Below are positions 43,597 to 52,244 of a stretch of DNA of 56,871 nucleotides, in pieces. The DNA lies in NCBI GenBank assembly GCA_040752075.1, contig JBFMFQ010000002.1:1-56871 (forward strand), read 5' to 3'. This stretch comes from Candidatus Zixiibacteriota bacterium (GTDB lineage Bacteria; Zixibacteria; MSB-5A5; WJJR01). The notes beneath the pieces were generated by a model. That model worked only from the letters and a program-made list of their open reading frames with translations, searched no databases and was not told the DNA's origin. Numbering within the stretch: position 1 is the stretch's first letter; each line of letters opens with the position of its first letter. The translations under genes and the position numbers were made by a program.

Positions 43597-44358
43597 TCAA
43601 CTCGGGCCATCCGGCAGTCCACCGGAATTGACGGCAACCACCACGGCTCGGACCTGATCGGCGCCAGCCTCATCCAGTGCCCGGGCGGCCTCGCGAAGTG
43701 TCGCTCCGGTTGTGAGGATGTCGTCGACGATAAGAACCGAACATCCGGCAATGCGGTCCGGATCGCGTGCCATAAGCGCGCCCTTCAGGTTTTCAACGCG
43801 GTGGGGCCCGCTCAAACGGGTTTGATCTTTGACCTTTCTCGTAAATCTGAGCCCGCGCGGATCGAACGCCGCGGAGAGTCCCGCCGCCACTCGGTCCGCG
43901 ATGCGCTCGGAGTGTCCGAATCCCCGCTCCCGGATCTTGTGCTTGGATGTCGGCACGGGAATCACGAGCATGTCAGCGGACACCGTTCCGGTCAGCAGAC
44001 CGGCCATCGCCGATCCGATTGGCCCGGCCAGGGCACGATCCCCACGGTACTTCAACTGGTGCACAATCGAGCGCCAGGCATGATCGAATGCGCCCAGCGC
44101 CCATACAATTGCCGGGGAAACCGGGGCGTGCGCCCCGGGGCAGACGGGAGTGTCGTAATCCCGATAGCGCCGGCAGGCCGGACAGACCGGCTTGGTCAAT
44201 CGCACCAGCCGGCTTCGACAGGCATCGCAGCACAGTTCATCGCGGCCACGTCCCGCCGCACCGCAGATGGGACAGCAAAGCGGAATGGCGACAGCCAGGG
44301 CCGATTCGGCCAGGCGGGCAAACGGCGAGACGAACCGCGCAAGCGCTTGATAGCTCAT
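43597..44358 (-). CDS. comF: ComF family protein (phosphoribosyltransferase domain)
   Basis: N-terminal Cys pairs (CCPICG...CCDAC; CPACRR) and a PRTase motif VLIVDDILTTGATLREAA. Confidence 0.8.
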   Translation of the reverse strand: MSYQALARFVSPFARLAESALAVAIPLCCPICGAAGRGRDELCCDACRSRLVRLTKPVCPACRRYRDYDTPVCPGAHAPVSPAIVWALGAFDHAWRSIVHQLKYRGDRALAGPIGSAMAGLLTGTVSADMLVIPVPTSKHKIRERGFGHSERIADRVAAGLSAAFDPRGLRFTRKVKDQTRLSGPHRVENLKGALMARDPDRIAGCSVLIVDDILTTGATLREAARALDEAGADQVRAVVVAVNSGGLPDGPS

Positions 44359-44368
44359 GGGTGAGTGC

Positions 44369-45592
44369 TCAATACTCCTGCCAACTCCGGCGGACATTCG
44401 CCATCAAGCCCGTGAGGAACCAAAAGAGCACAAGCGAAGTCCCACCGTAGGAAACAAACGGCAACGGGATTCCGGTCACGGGCATGATGCCGACCGTCAT
44501 CCCGGCGTTCACCAGTAACTGAAACGCCACGATCCCGGCCCCACCGGCACAGAGGAACCGACCGAAGCGGCTCCGCGCCCGGTAGGCGGTGTCAATTGCC
44601 CGCCAGAGGAAGACACCAAACAGCACAAGGATCACCACCGAGCCAAGAAAGCCGAACTCCTCTCCGCAAACCGAAAAGATGAAGTCCGTGTGCTTCTCCG
44701 GGAGAAAGTGAAGACCGGTCTGCGTGCCCTCGAGGAACCCCTTTCCCCAAAAGCCGCCGCTTCCGATGGCCACCTTGGACTGAATGATCTGGTATCCGGC
44801 GCCACGCGGATCGGCGCCCGGGTTGAGGAAGATCAGGATTCGCTGCTGCTGGTAGGGGCGCAGATGATTCCAGACCAGTGGAGTGATGACACCGAACGTG
44901 AGGTTTAGCGAAACAAGGCCGATGGAGACAATCAACCGGGGCCGAACAGCGGCCAGTACGGCCAGCAGTATGGCTGCGAAAATGATCCAGGCAATCCAGT
45001 TGAATGCCAGGACCAGGCTGATCACGGGGGAGACCAGAAAGAACAACCCCACGGGCGGCACCCCGCCCCAGAAGATCAGAACGAGGGTCATGGCAAGAAA
45101 CACAAGCGCGGTTCCGAGATCGGGCTGCTTGAGAACAAGGAGCGTCACCGGGCCGACAATGGCCGCCACGTACAGGAGCGGCTGCACCGCCGCGAGCGGT
45201 TTCTTCAAGTAGGCGAGATACCGAGAGAGCGCCAGGAGCACCACCAGCTTGGCAATCTCCGATGGCTGAATGTTCGCGGGTCCCAGAGCAATCCAGCGAC
45301 CGCCGACCCCTGATCCCCAGAACAGCACAACCGCCAGAACGACGATGGCGCCTCCCAGGTAGACATAGGCGAAGACCTCGTGGAATCGCATCGGGACTTT
45401 CAGAGCAACGAAAAAGCCCACGAGCGCAACAATCCACCATGTGAGTTGCCGGCTCCAGTAATGCCTTTCTGCGGGAAAGGGCGAGCTATGCTGGGCCGCG
45501 TAAATGAGGAGAATCCCGAATGCGGTCAGGAGGGCCGCGCTGAGTATCAACGCGGGATCATACTCCCGAATGCTTTTCCAGAGCTTATCCAT
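44369..45592 (-). CDS. rodA: SEDS peptidoglycan glycosyltransferase RodA (FtsW/RodA/SpoVE family)
   Basis: 407 aa and about 10 TM. Conserved C-terminal region HTDFIFSVCGEEFGFLG...GMTVGIMPVTGIPLPFVSYGGTS. Located near the mrdA/mreCD locus. Confidence 0.9.
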   Translation of the reverse strand: MDKLWKSIREYDPALILSAALLTAFGILLIYAAQHSSPFPAERHYWSRQLTWWIVALVGFFVALKVPMRFHEVFAYVYLGGAIVVLAVVLFWGSGVGGRWIALGPANIQPSEIAKLVVLLALSRYLAYLKKPLAAVQPLLYVAAIVGPVTLLVLKQPDLGTALVFLAMTLVLIFWGGVPPVGLFFLVSPVISLVLAFNWIAWIIFAAILLAVLAAVRPRLIVSIGLVSLNLTFGVITPLVWNHLRPYQQQRILIFLNPGADPRGAGYQIIQSKVAIGSGGFWGKGFLEGTQTGLHFLPEKHTDFIFSVCGEEFGFLGSVVILVLFGVFLWRAIDTAYRARSRFGRFLCAGGAGIVAFQLLVNAGMTVGIMPVTGIPLPFVSYGGTSLVLFWFLTGLMANVRRSWQEY

Positions 45593-45849
45593 TGCCCCCG
45601 TCTTCCGACCCCGGTATTGTGCCGTGCTGCACAGTTTCTGTCAATCGCGATCCCGTCACGCCCAGAATTAATGTACCGATTCCGGCCCGTCTGCAATCCG
45701 CTGCACTCCTCCCCTGTTTGCCAACGACTTACCGGCCCGGTTCTATGAGGGCTTTGGCGGCGATTTTGCTATGTTTACTGATGCGAAAGCACGCCTTCGG
45801 GCGTAGAACACTTGTGACGGCGTTCTCCGCCTGTCCAAAGGAGCCTGCG

Positions 45850-47247
45850 ATGAAGAGAATCCTGACCGCATTGGCGCTCATCCTGACGTTTGGCGTCTCT
45901 GCACGAGCCATGTCGGTCGATGACATCATTGAACTTTGCAAGGCCGGATTCGAGCCTGACCGGATCGCCAGCATTGTGGAGGCGACCGGGCTCGACGAGC
46001 CCCTTGAGGCACAGGATTGGGTCACCCTGAAAGAGCAAGGGTGCGATGAGGAACTGGTCGATGCGTTGCTTGCGGTGCTCGTTCCGGTCGAGGAGGACGC
46101 GGAGGATTACACCGGCGAGTACGGAGAGGGCTTCCACCGTGCCGGCAACGCTGACGTTAATGTCTACCTCGGCGGCGGCTACTGGAACCGCTGGAACGAC
46201 TGGTGGTACGGGGGATTTTCCATCGGCTGGTATGATCCGTACTGGTCGATTGGCTGGACTTACTGGGATCCGTACTGGTATTCGACCTGGTGGGGCTACC
46301 GCCCGTACACCTACCACTACGCGTGGTGGGGTCATCCCTGGTACCGTTACTGCCAGCCGACGTACTACTGCTACTCGTGCTACGATTACGGCTGGACCGG
46401 TCATCACGGGAGCTACGCGAGGTACAAATCCGAGCGCCGCGGCTCGCTTAAAAGCGACAATTACTCCTACGCCGGCGCCAAGACACGCACCACTGTCGAG
46501 TCCGGGGTGATGTCGAAGGTGCGCGCCAAGAGCACCTTTGCGTCGGCGACCATGGGTGCCGATGGCGGATTGAAGTCGAAGAGCACGTCCAGCGGCGTGT
46601 ATAAGTCCAAAACCGCCTCCGGTCAGACCAAGACCACCTACACCACGCGCAAGACCACGACCGAAGCAGGGGTGGGACAGACCAAGTCGGGCACATCGGG
46701 CGGATCATCGGTGACAACCCGCCCGAAGTCGACCACCACGAAAACGAAGGGCACTTACACTCCTCCCTCAACGGGCACAACGACCAAGACGCCCAGCGGG
46801 ACGACGACCACGAAGAAATCGGATGATGGGAACACAACCAAGACTCCGTCGGTGACGACACCCAAATCACCGGAGCCGTCCAATCCGCCTTCGACAACCG
46901 GATCGTCCAAGGGACGCCCCAAGGGGAAATCGCAATCCTCCCTGAGCCGCAGTCATGGCGGTGTGCAATACACCACGGCGAGGCAGGCACGCGAAACTCG
47001 AGCAGCCTACTCGCACGCTCGCAGCTATTCGAGCGCGAAGAAGTCTGTGCAGCGACCCGCCAGTGCGAGCTGGTCCCGGACGAACGCGAAGTCGACGCCG
47101 TCATACAGTTCCGGAAGCGTGTCGCCCAAGTCGGGGTCCTATCGCTCCTCGTCGCCCGCTCCTTCGCGGTCGGTCGGGGCGCCGTCGGCCGGGCATGGCA
47201 AGTCGGTGTCTGCATCCGCGGGCCGCGCCGTGGCACGACCGAAGTGA
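45850..47247 (+). CDS. Secreted protein with an extreme Trp/Tyr-rich block and a Ser/Thr/Lys-rich tail, unknown function
   Basis: ATG 45850 has GGAG 7 nt upstream and gives the signal peptide MKRILTALALILTFGVSARA. The ORF track start 45592 adds 86 implausible residues. See the findings for composition details. Confidence 0.65.
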   Translation: MKRILTALALILTFGVSARAMSVDDIIELCKAGFEPDRIASIVEATGLDEPLEAQDWVTLKEQGCDEELVDALLAVLVPVEEDAEDYTGEYGEGFHRAGNADVNVYLGGGYWNRWNDWWYGGFSIGWYDPYWSIGWTYWDPYWYSTWWGYRPYTYHYAWWGHPWYRYCQPTYYCYSCYDYGWTGHHGSYARYKSERRGSLKSDNYSYAGAKTRTTVESGVMSKVRAKSTFASATMGADGGLKSKSTSSGVYKSKTASGQTKTTYTTRKTTTEAGVGQTKSGTSGGSSVTTRPKSTTTKTKGTYTPPSTGTTTKTPSGTTTTKKSDDGNTTKTPSVTTPKSPEPSNPPSTTGSSKGRPKGKSQSSLSRSHGGVQYTTARQARETRAAYSHARSYSSAKKSVQRPASASWSRTNAKSTPSYSSGSVSPKSGSYRSSSPAPSRSVGAPSAGHGKSVSASAGRAVARPK

Positions 47248-47269
47248 CTTAACTCGTCGGCAGTAATCG

Positions 47270-47303
47270 CGAGGCGCCGTGTTCACGGTGCCTCGTTTTG
47301 TTT
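47270..47303 (+). terminator. Rho-independent terminator
   Basis: CGAGGCGCCGT (47270-47280) pairs with ACGGTGCCTCG (47285-47295) over 11 bp including one G-U, with a 4-nt loop. It is followed by TTTTGTTT and lies 23 nt after the stop of the + strand gene. Confidence 0.6.
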
Positions 47304-47364
47304 CAGGAAGCACCCGCGCGCTCGGAGTGCAACCGCAGGAGCTCTTGGCGGAAATCCAGGGATG

Positions 47365-49179
47365 TTACTGGTGTGCCGTTGTCGATGAGTCCGCGTTCGA
47401 TGCGGCGATGGGTTGATCCGTCTTCTTGCCGCGGGTGAGATAGTCCTTCGCGATCCAACGGCAGACCGGCGCGGCGAATTCGCTGCCATGGCCGGCGTTT
47501 TCGACCAAGGCAACAATCGCGATCTCGGGCGCCTCGGCCGGCGCATAGCCGGCGAACCATGAGTGTTCCTTGCCGTGCGGGTTCTGGGCCGTCCCGGTCT
47601 TTCCTGCCATTCTTACATCGGGGTCGCGGATGCCCCGCGCAGTGCCGTGGGGACCGGCGACCACACTGCGGGCGGCATCCCGGAGAAACATGAGCGTCGA
47701 AGCGGAGTAGGGCAGGCGGAAGGCGACCTCGGGCTGCGTGTAGACCCAATCCTCCTGCACCCCCCGGGTTGCCCGCAGCAACCGGGGTTTCATGGCGGTA
47801 CCGTTGTTGGCGATCGCCCCATAGAATTGGACCAGCTGGAGCGGTGTCACGAGGAATTCTCCCTGCCCGATTCCGAGGTTGAGCAGAAGTCCCCGCGACC
47901 ACTTCCCCTTGCCGTACCGCTCGTCGAAGTACGCATCGGAGGGAACCAACCCGCTGCCCTCGCCCGGCATGTCGATGCCGGTCGACGTCCCGAGGCCGGC
48001 GGCCTTCATTTGGGTCGACCAGGTCTTCAAACTCATCTTCTGCACGAGTTGGTAGAAGTAGACGTTGCACGACTGCTCGATCGCGCCCGCCATGTCGAGT
48101 GAGCCGTGTCCCTCGGGCTTCCAGCACTTGTAGACACGATTGCCGAAACGGTACCCGCCCCGGCAGCCGGTGAACCGGTCGCGGACGGTCGCCGAGCCGG
48201 ACTCCAGCGCCGCGGCCGCGACCATGAGTTTGGCCGTGGAGCCAGGCGAGTAGAGTCCCTTCAGTGCGCGGTTGAGCAGCGGGTGGCGGGGATCGGTGCG
48301 CAGCGTCTCCCATTCTTCGGAGGACAGGACACCCGAAAAGGAATTGGCGTCGAATCCGGGCCGTGTTACGAAGCAGATGATCCCGCCGGTCTTCAAGTCC
48401 ATGGCGACCACCGTGCCGGCGTGATGCTCGCCCAACAACGAATCGGCGAGAAGTTGCAGCCTTGCATCGAGGTTGAGCATCAAATCGCTGCCCGGGATGG
48501 GAGGTTCGTCCTTGAATCCGGGCATCGGGCCCACGAGCTGCCCCAGCGCGTTGACCTGCACATAGCGGATCCCGTCGACACCGCGAAGCAGATCGTCGTA
48601 TTGCTTCTCAAGCCCCACCGCGCCGATCAGGCCCCGCAACGGCGCGCCGCTGCGATCGACCTTCTTTTCATCCTCGGGTGAAACCTCGCGGACATAACCG
48701 AGCGCGTGACCGGCCCAGCCGAAGTAGGGATACTCGCGCACACTTTCGTTACCAACAATCACCCCGGGGAATTCGTCGAGACGCTCTTGCAGGCGGCAGA
48801 TGGTGCGAAAGTCCGCGTCGCGATACACGCCGACCGGTTCCAACGGCAGACCGCTGCGCCGCGACAGCCGCTTTTGCAGTTCGGGCTCGTCGATTTGCAG
48901 CACGTTAGCCAGCCGGGTCCGGCTCTCGCCGCCCTTGAAGTCGGAGGGCAGGACCGCGATGCCGAAGGAGAGGCGGTTGTTGACCAGAACTTCTCCATTG
49001 CGATCGTAGACCATGCCGCGCGGTGCGTTCACCGGGAGAATGCGGATGCGGTTTTCGGTGGCAATGCGGCGATACTCGCCGGCCCGGATGACCTGCATGT
49101 AAAACAGGCGCCCAACGAGGAGCGCGAGGATGGCGGCAACACCAAAGAGGAGAACGTTTCGCCTGGCGGTCCAGTTCAT
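47365..49179 (-). CDS. mrdA: Penicillin-binding protein 2 (elongasome transpeptidase)
   Basis: N-terminal anchor, then SxxK (GSTAKLMVAA), SxN (EQSCNVYF) and KTG (GKTGTAQ). Lies directly downstream of mreC-mreD. Confidence 0.92.
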   Translation of the reverse strand: MNWTARRNVLLFGVAAILALLVGRLFYMQVIRAGEYRRIATENRIRILPVNAPRGMVYDRNGEVLVNNRLSFGIAVLPSDFKGGESRTRLANVLQIDEPELQKRLSRRSGLPLEPVGVYRDADFRTICRLQERLDEFPGVIVGNESVREYPYFGWAGHALGYVREVSPEDEKKVDRSGAPLRGLIGAVGLEKQYDDLLRGVDGIRYVQVNALGQLVGPMPGFKDEPPIPGSDLMLNLDARLQLLADSLLGEHHAGTVVAMDLKTGGIICFVTRPGFDANSFSGVLSSEEWETLRTDPRHPLLNRALKGLYSPGSTAKLMVAAAALESGSATVRDRFTGCRGGYRFGNRVYKCWKPEGHGSLDMAGAIEQSCNVYFYQLVQKMSLKTWSTQMKAAGLGTSTGIDMPGEGSGLVPSDAYFDERYGKGKWSRGLLLNLGIGQGEFLVTPLQLVQFYGAIANNGTAMKPRLLRATRGVQEDWVYTQPEVAFRLPYSASTLMFLRDAARSVVAGPHGTARGIRDPDVRMAGKTGTAQNPHGKEHSWFAGYAPAEAPEIAIVALVENAGHGSEFAAPVCRWIAKDYLTRGKKTDQPIAASNADSSTTAHQ

Positions 49180-49197
49180 CGCGACACCCGAGGGGAT

Positions 49198-49719
49198 TTA
49201 CACCCTCTTGGAGTCATCGGCCAGAACTTTTTCGAGCGCAGAGGGTCCGGCGGTTCGGGATCGCTCCCAAAGCACACCAATCAGGACGCCAAGGGTGGAA
49301 TTGATGAGCGTGGTCGGCAGAATCCGCAGAGGCAGGTCGAGGAGCCAGTCCGCAGGAGATCCTCCCTCGACCAGAATCATGTAGAAGACCTTGTACCCAA
49401 GAATTCCCAGGGTGAACACGAGCCATTGGGAGGTGAGCCGCTCGAGAAACAGCCGTTCGCGCCAAACCCCGATCAGCCAGCCCAACAGTGATCCCAGAAG
49501 GGCGCCCCAGACCATGTGATCGGGATCGGCCGCATGCACCAGAAAACCGATTCCCCATCCCGCGGCGGCGCCGACACGCGGCCCGCGGGCCAATCCGACA
49601 AGGGCGATCGCCACAATCTCGTAATCCAGACGCACCATGGGGGGCGGATTGCCGATGGGAAACCAGACGTGATAGATGATCACGCTCGTTAAGAGCAAGA
49701 GCCAGCGAATGAGCCTCAT
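49198..49719 (-). CDS. mreD: Rod shape-determining protein MreD
   Basis: 173-aa polytopic protein with a 4-nt overlap with the mreC stop, in the canonical position between mreC and mrdA. Confidence 0.75.
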   Translation of the reverse strand: MRLIRWLLLLTSVIIYHVWFPIGNPPPMVRLDYEIVAIALVGLARGPRVGAAAGWGIGFLVHAADPDHMVWGALLGSLLGWLIGVWRERLFLERLTSQWLVFTLGILGYKVFYMILVEGGSPADWLLDLPLRILPTTLINSTLGVLIGVLWERSRTAGPSALEKVLADDSKRV

Positions 49720-50537
49720 TGCAGCAGTCCCCCGGGAAGGGAATCCTGTTCAATGCTCGCCAGCGGCTCGATGACAAACACATGCTCAAGCAGGCCGGGT
49801 TCGACCACGGCGGCGATGGACACATGCAGGAAAGGTTCGCCTGGACGGACCGCCACCGAATCCACGGTGCCGACCCGCAGTCCCTTGGGAAACACCTCTC
49901 CCCAACCCGACGATATGACCGTGTCGCCCGCCTGAATGTCCGCCTGGTGCTGGATATAGGTCAGCGACAAGTCGGGGCCGCTCTCCCAACTGATGATCCC
50001 GGTCACGCGGCTTCGCTGATCGTACGCCGCCACCCGCGAGAGACGATCCCAGAGTGTGCGAACACGCGCCAGGTTTCCGCGCACCTCAACGACCTTCCCT
50101 ACCAGTCCGTGTTCGGTCACGACCGGCCATCCGCTTTGGACATAGCGGCCGGCGGCCACTTCGATCCACATGACCCCGGACGCCGGGGAAATCGGGGAAA
50201 CGACCTCCGCCGAAGTCACCTGACCACGCCAGGGCCGCGCCAGGCCGAGCAGGCTGCGCAACTGGAGGTTTTCAATCGTGCTCTCGCGCATGCGCTGGTT
50301 TTCGAGGCTGAGTTCGGCAATCTGACGGCGCAGCTCGCGGTTCTCGTCGAACACGCGCGCGCTGGCCGCGATGCGGTACTTCATGTCGTAGAACGGGGCG
50401 TAGATGTAATCAACGGTGAGCTCTGAGAGCTGGCGGCGGAAACCGTCACCGAGGATCAGAAGCAGGATCGAGAAGAAAATCGCCCACGGGAGAACGGTGG
50501 GCCGTTCCGTCGTCCACCAAAAAAGTCGGCGCCACAC
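49716..50537 (-). CDS. mreC: Rod shape-determining protein MreC
   Basis: N-terminal anchor, coiled coil (ENRELRRQIAELSLENQRMRE) and beta-rich core (GLVGKVVEVRGNLARVRTLWDRLSRVAAY...GDTVISSG). Confidence 0.85.
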   Translation of the reverse strand: MWRRLFWWTTERPTVLPWAIFFSILLLILGDGFRRQLSELTVDYIYAPFYDMKYRIAASARVFDENRELRRQIAELSLENQRMRESTIENLQLRSLLGLARPWRGQVTSAEVVSPISPASGVMWIEVAAGRYVQSGWPVVTEHGLVGKVVEVRGNLARVRTLWDRLSRVAAYDQRSRVTGIISWESGPDLSLTYIQHQADIQAGDTVISSGWGEVFPKGLRVGTVDSVAVRPGEPFLHVSIAAVVEPGLLEHVFVIEPLASIEQDSLPGGLLQ

Positions 50538-50546
50538 CGGTTCGCC

Positions 50547-50999
50547 TTAGAGTGACGCGTCCAGGATGAGCATCACCTCGCCCGCGGTCTTTGCGCGCAT
50601 GAGACGCTCACGGTTTTTTTCGCTTTTCATGACGTACGACAGGCGGGCCATCACGTTGAGGTGCGCACCGATGGCGTCCTCGGGCGCGGCAATCAGGAAA
50701 AACAGGTGCACCGGCTTTTTGTCCATGGCTTCGAAATCGACACCCACTTCGGAGCGGCCGAAAACGATCACGATACCCTTGAGGGAACGGGTCTTCGCGT
50801 GCGGGAACGCGACGCCGTATCCGACGCCGGTGGTGACCAGGTTCTCGCGTTCGAGGACGGCCGACAGGAGGTCTTCTTTGTCCCGCACCAGACTGGACTT
50901 GCCGGCCAATTCGACAAGTTCGCGGATCACCTCTTCCTTCGTCTGACCCTCCAAGTCAAAGGTCATCAGGTCTTCTTCGCAAAACTTGGACAGTTTCAT
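50547..50999 (-). CDS. PTS EIIA(Ntr)-type domain protein (PtsN-like)
   Basis: PTS_EIIA type-2 pattern with the phospho-His motif TTGVGYGVAFPHAKT. ATG 50999 has GGGAGAGG 5 nt upstream. The stop lies 9 nt before the mreC start. Confidence 0.8.
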   Translation of the reverse strand: MKLSKFCEEDLMTFDLEGQTKEEVIRELVELAGKSSLVRDKEDLLSAVLERENLVTTGVGYGVAFPHAKTRSLKGIVIVFGRSEVGVDFEAMDKKPVHLFFLIAAPEDAIGAHLNVMARLSYVMKSEKNRERLMRAKTAGEVMLILDASL

Positions 51000-51084
51000 T
51001 GTGTCCTCTCCCGCCGGGACAATCGCTCGGATCGCCATACCGCACCATTCACGCCGGACGCCTGCATCGTCCCGTGGTTCGCAC

Positions 51085-51249
51085 TCAGAATCGCTGGGCT
51101 TCCTCGATCAACATAATGGGCACGTCATCCCGGACTTCGTAACGCAGCCGGCAATGATGGCAGTCCAGCGTGCTCTTCTCCCGATCGTACACCAGATCGC
51201 CCTTGCAGGCGGGACAGACCAGGATTTTCAGTAACTCTTCATCAAGCAT
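51085..51249 (-). CDS. Trm112/UPF0434 (YcaR-like) small zinc-finger protein, 54 aa, absent from the ORF track
   Basis: My translation is [54 protein letters not shown] with stop TGA. The LL..LVCP.CKG.L.Y........L.C..C...Y.I.DGIP.ML pattern is the family hallmark. Confidence 0.7.
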   Translation of the reverse strand: MLDEELLKILVCPACKGDLVYDREKSTLDCHHCRLRYEVRDDVPIMLIEEAQRF

Positions 51250-51266
51250 GGGAGATCGTTCGCCTC

Positions 51267-52244
51267 TCAGAAGGTGCCGTCCTCCGAGTACACCCCCATT
51301 CGACGATACTTCAATCGACGGCGGGCAATCAAGTCCTCTGGGGAATGAGAACTCAACTCGATGAGGTTTTCCAGGATAACCGCCCGGAGGAGACTGGCGG
51401 CCTCGGCGGGATCGCGGTGGGCGCCCCCGAGAGGTTCGGGGACAATTCGATCGACGATGCCGAGTTCGATCAAGTCCTCGGCCGCCACCTTCAATGCCTC
51501 AGCGGCCCGTGGCGCGTTAACGGCACCCTCGCCCCTCCAGAGGATTGACGCGCACCCCTCGGGTGAAATGACCGAGTACCACGAGTTTTCCATCATCAGG
51601 ACACGGTCGCCGAGGCCGATGCCAAGGGCTCCGCCTGAAGCACCTTCGCCGATGATCGCAACCACGATCGGCACTTGCATGAGAGCCATCTCGCGCAGGT
51701 TTCGGGCAATCGCCTCCGCCTGCCCGCGCTCCTCCGCGCCGATCCCCGGGAATGCACCCGGAGTGTCGATCAAGATGACGATCGGACGGCCGGAGCGCGA
51801 AGCCATCGCCATGAGCCGTAATGCCTTGCGGTACCCCTCTGGATGGCACATGCCGAAGTTATTCGCGAGCTTTTCCTTGGTGCTTCTTCCCTTCTGCTGG
51901 CCAATCATCATGACCGGCCAGTCCCCCAGCATCGCGGGACCCGCCACGAGGGCCCGGTCATCACCAAAGGCGCGGTCCCCGTGGAGCGAGAGAAAACCGG
52001 TGGTCATCTTGTCAATGTAGTCCTGGGAGTACGGGCGCAGGGGATGGCGGGCGAGTTGCACCCGCTGCCAGCGGCTGAGCCCGGAAAAGGTCTCCCGTTT
52101 CAGCTTGTCGAGTTTGCGCTCAAGGAGGAGGATTTCCTTGGACAACTCGACATTCTCGTCGTCGGCGAAAGCGCGCATATCTCGAATGCGCGCTTCAAGT
52201 TCCAAGACGGGCTTTTCAAAGTCGAGGTAGGTCCCGGGTCCCAT
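51267..52244 (-). CDS. accA: Acetyl-CoA carboxylase carboxyltransferase alpha subunit
   Basis: [15 protein letters not shown]...RHPLRPY...[26 protein letters not shown]...GEGASGGAL is the canonical AccA sequence. Confidence 0.95.
   Translation of the reverse strand: MGPGTYLDFEKPVLELEARIRDMRAFADDENVELSKEILLLERKLDKLKRETFSGLSRWQRVQLARHPLRPYSQDYIDKMTTGFLSLHGDRAFGDDRALVAGPAMLGDWPVMMIGQQKGRSTKEKLANNFGMCHPEGYRKALRLMAMASRSGRPIVILIDTPGAFPGIGAEERGQAEAIARNLREMALMQVPIVVAIIGEGASGGALGIGLGDRVLMMENSWYSVISPEGCASILWRGEGAVNAPRAAEALKVAAEDLIELGIVDRIVPEPLGGAHRDPAEAASLLRAVILENLIELSSHSPEDLIARRRLKYRRMGVYSEDGTF

Noticed and set aside
42594-43751. Tyrosine recombinase as a marker of an integrated mobile element
   Set aside because: The sequence matches the housekeeping XerC/XerD pattern. 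It sits in a comF-rodA housekeeping context, with no flanking direct repeats, tRNA gene or phage/plasmid genes.
45592-45849. 86-codon N-terminal extension of the W/Y-rich protein ORF
   Set aside because: The extension would start exactly at the rodA start codon on the other strand, and it has no SD. The internal ATG at 45850 has GGAG 7 nt upstream and yields a canonical signal peptide.
47303-48313. 336-aa alternative-frame ORF inside mrdA, as a possible frameshift or pseudogene signal
   Set aside because: The 604-aa PBP2 frame is continuous and contains all three motifs (SxxK, SxN, KTG) in order. The overlapping frame is Arg/Gly/Pro-rich noise.
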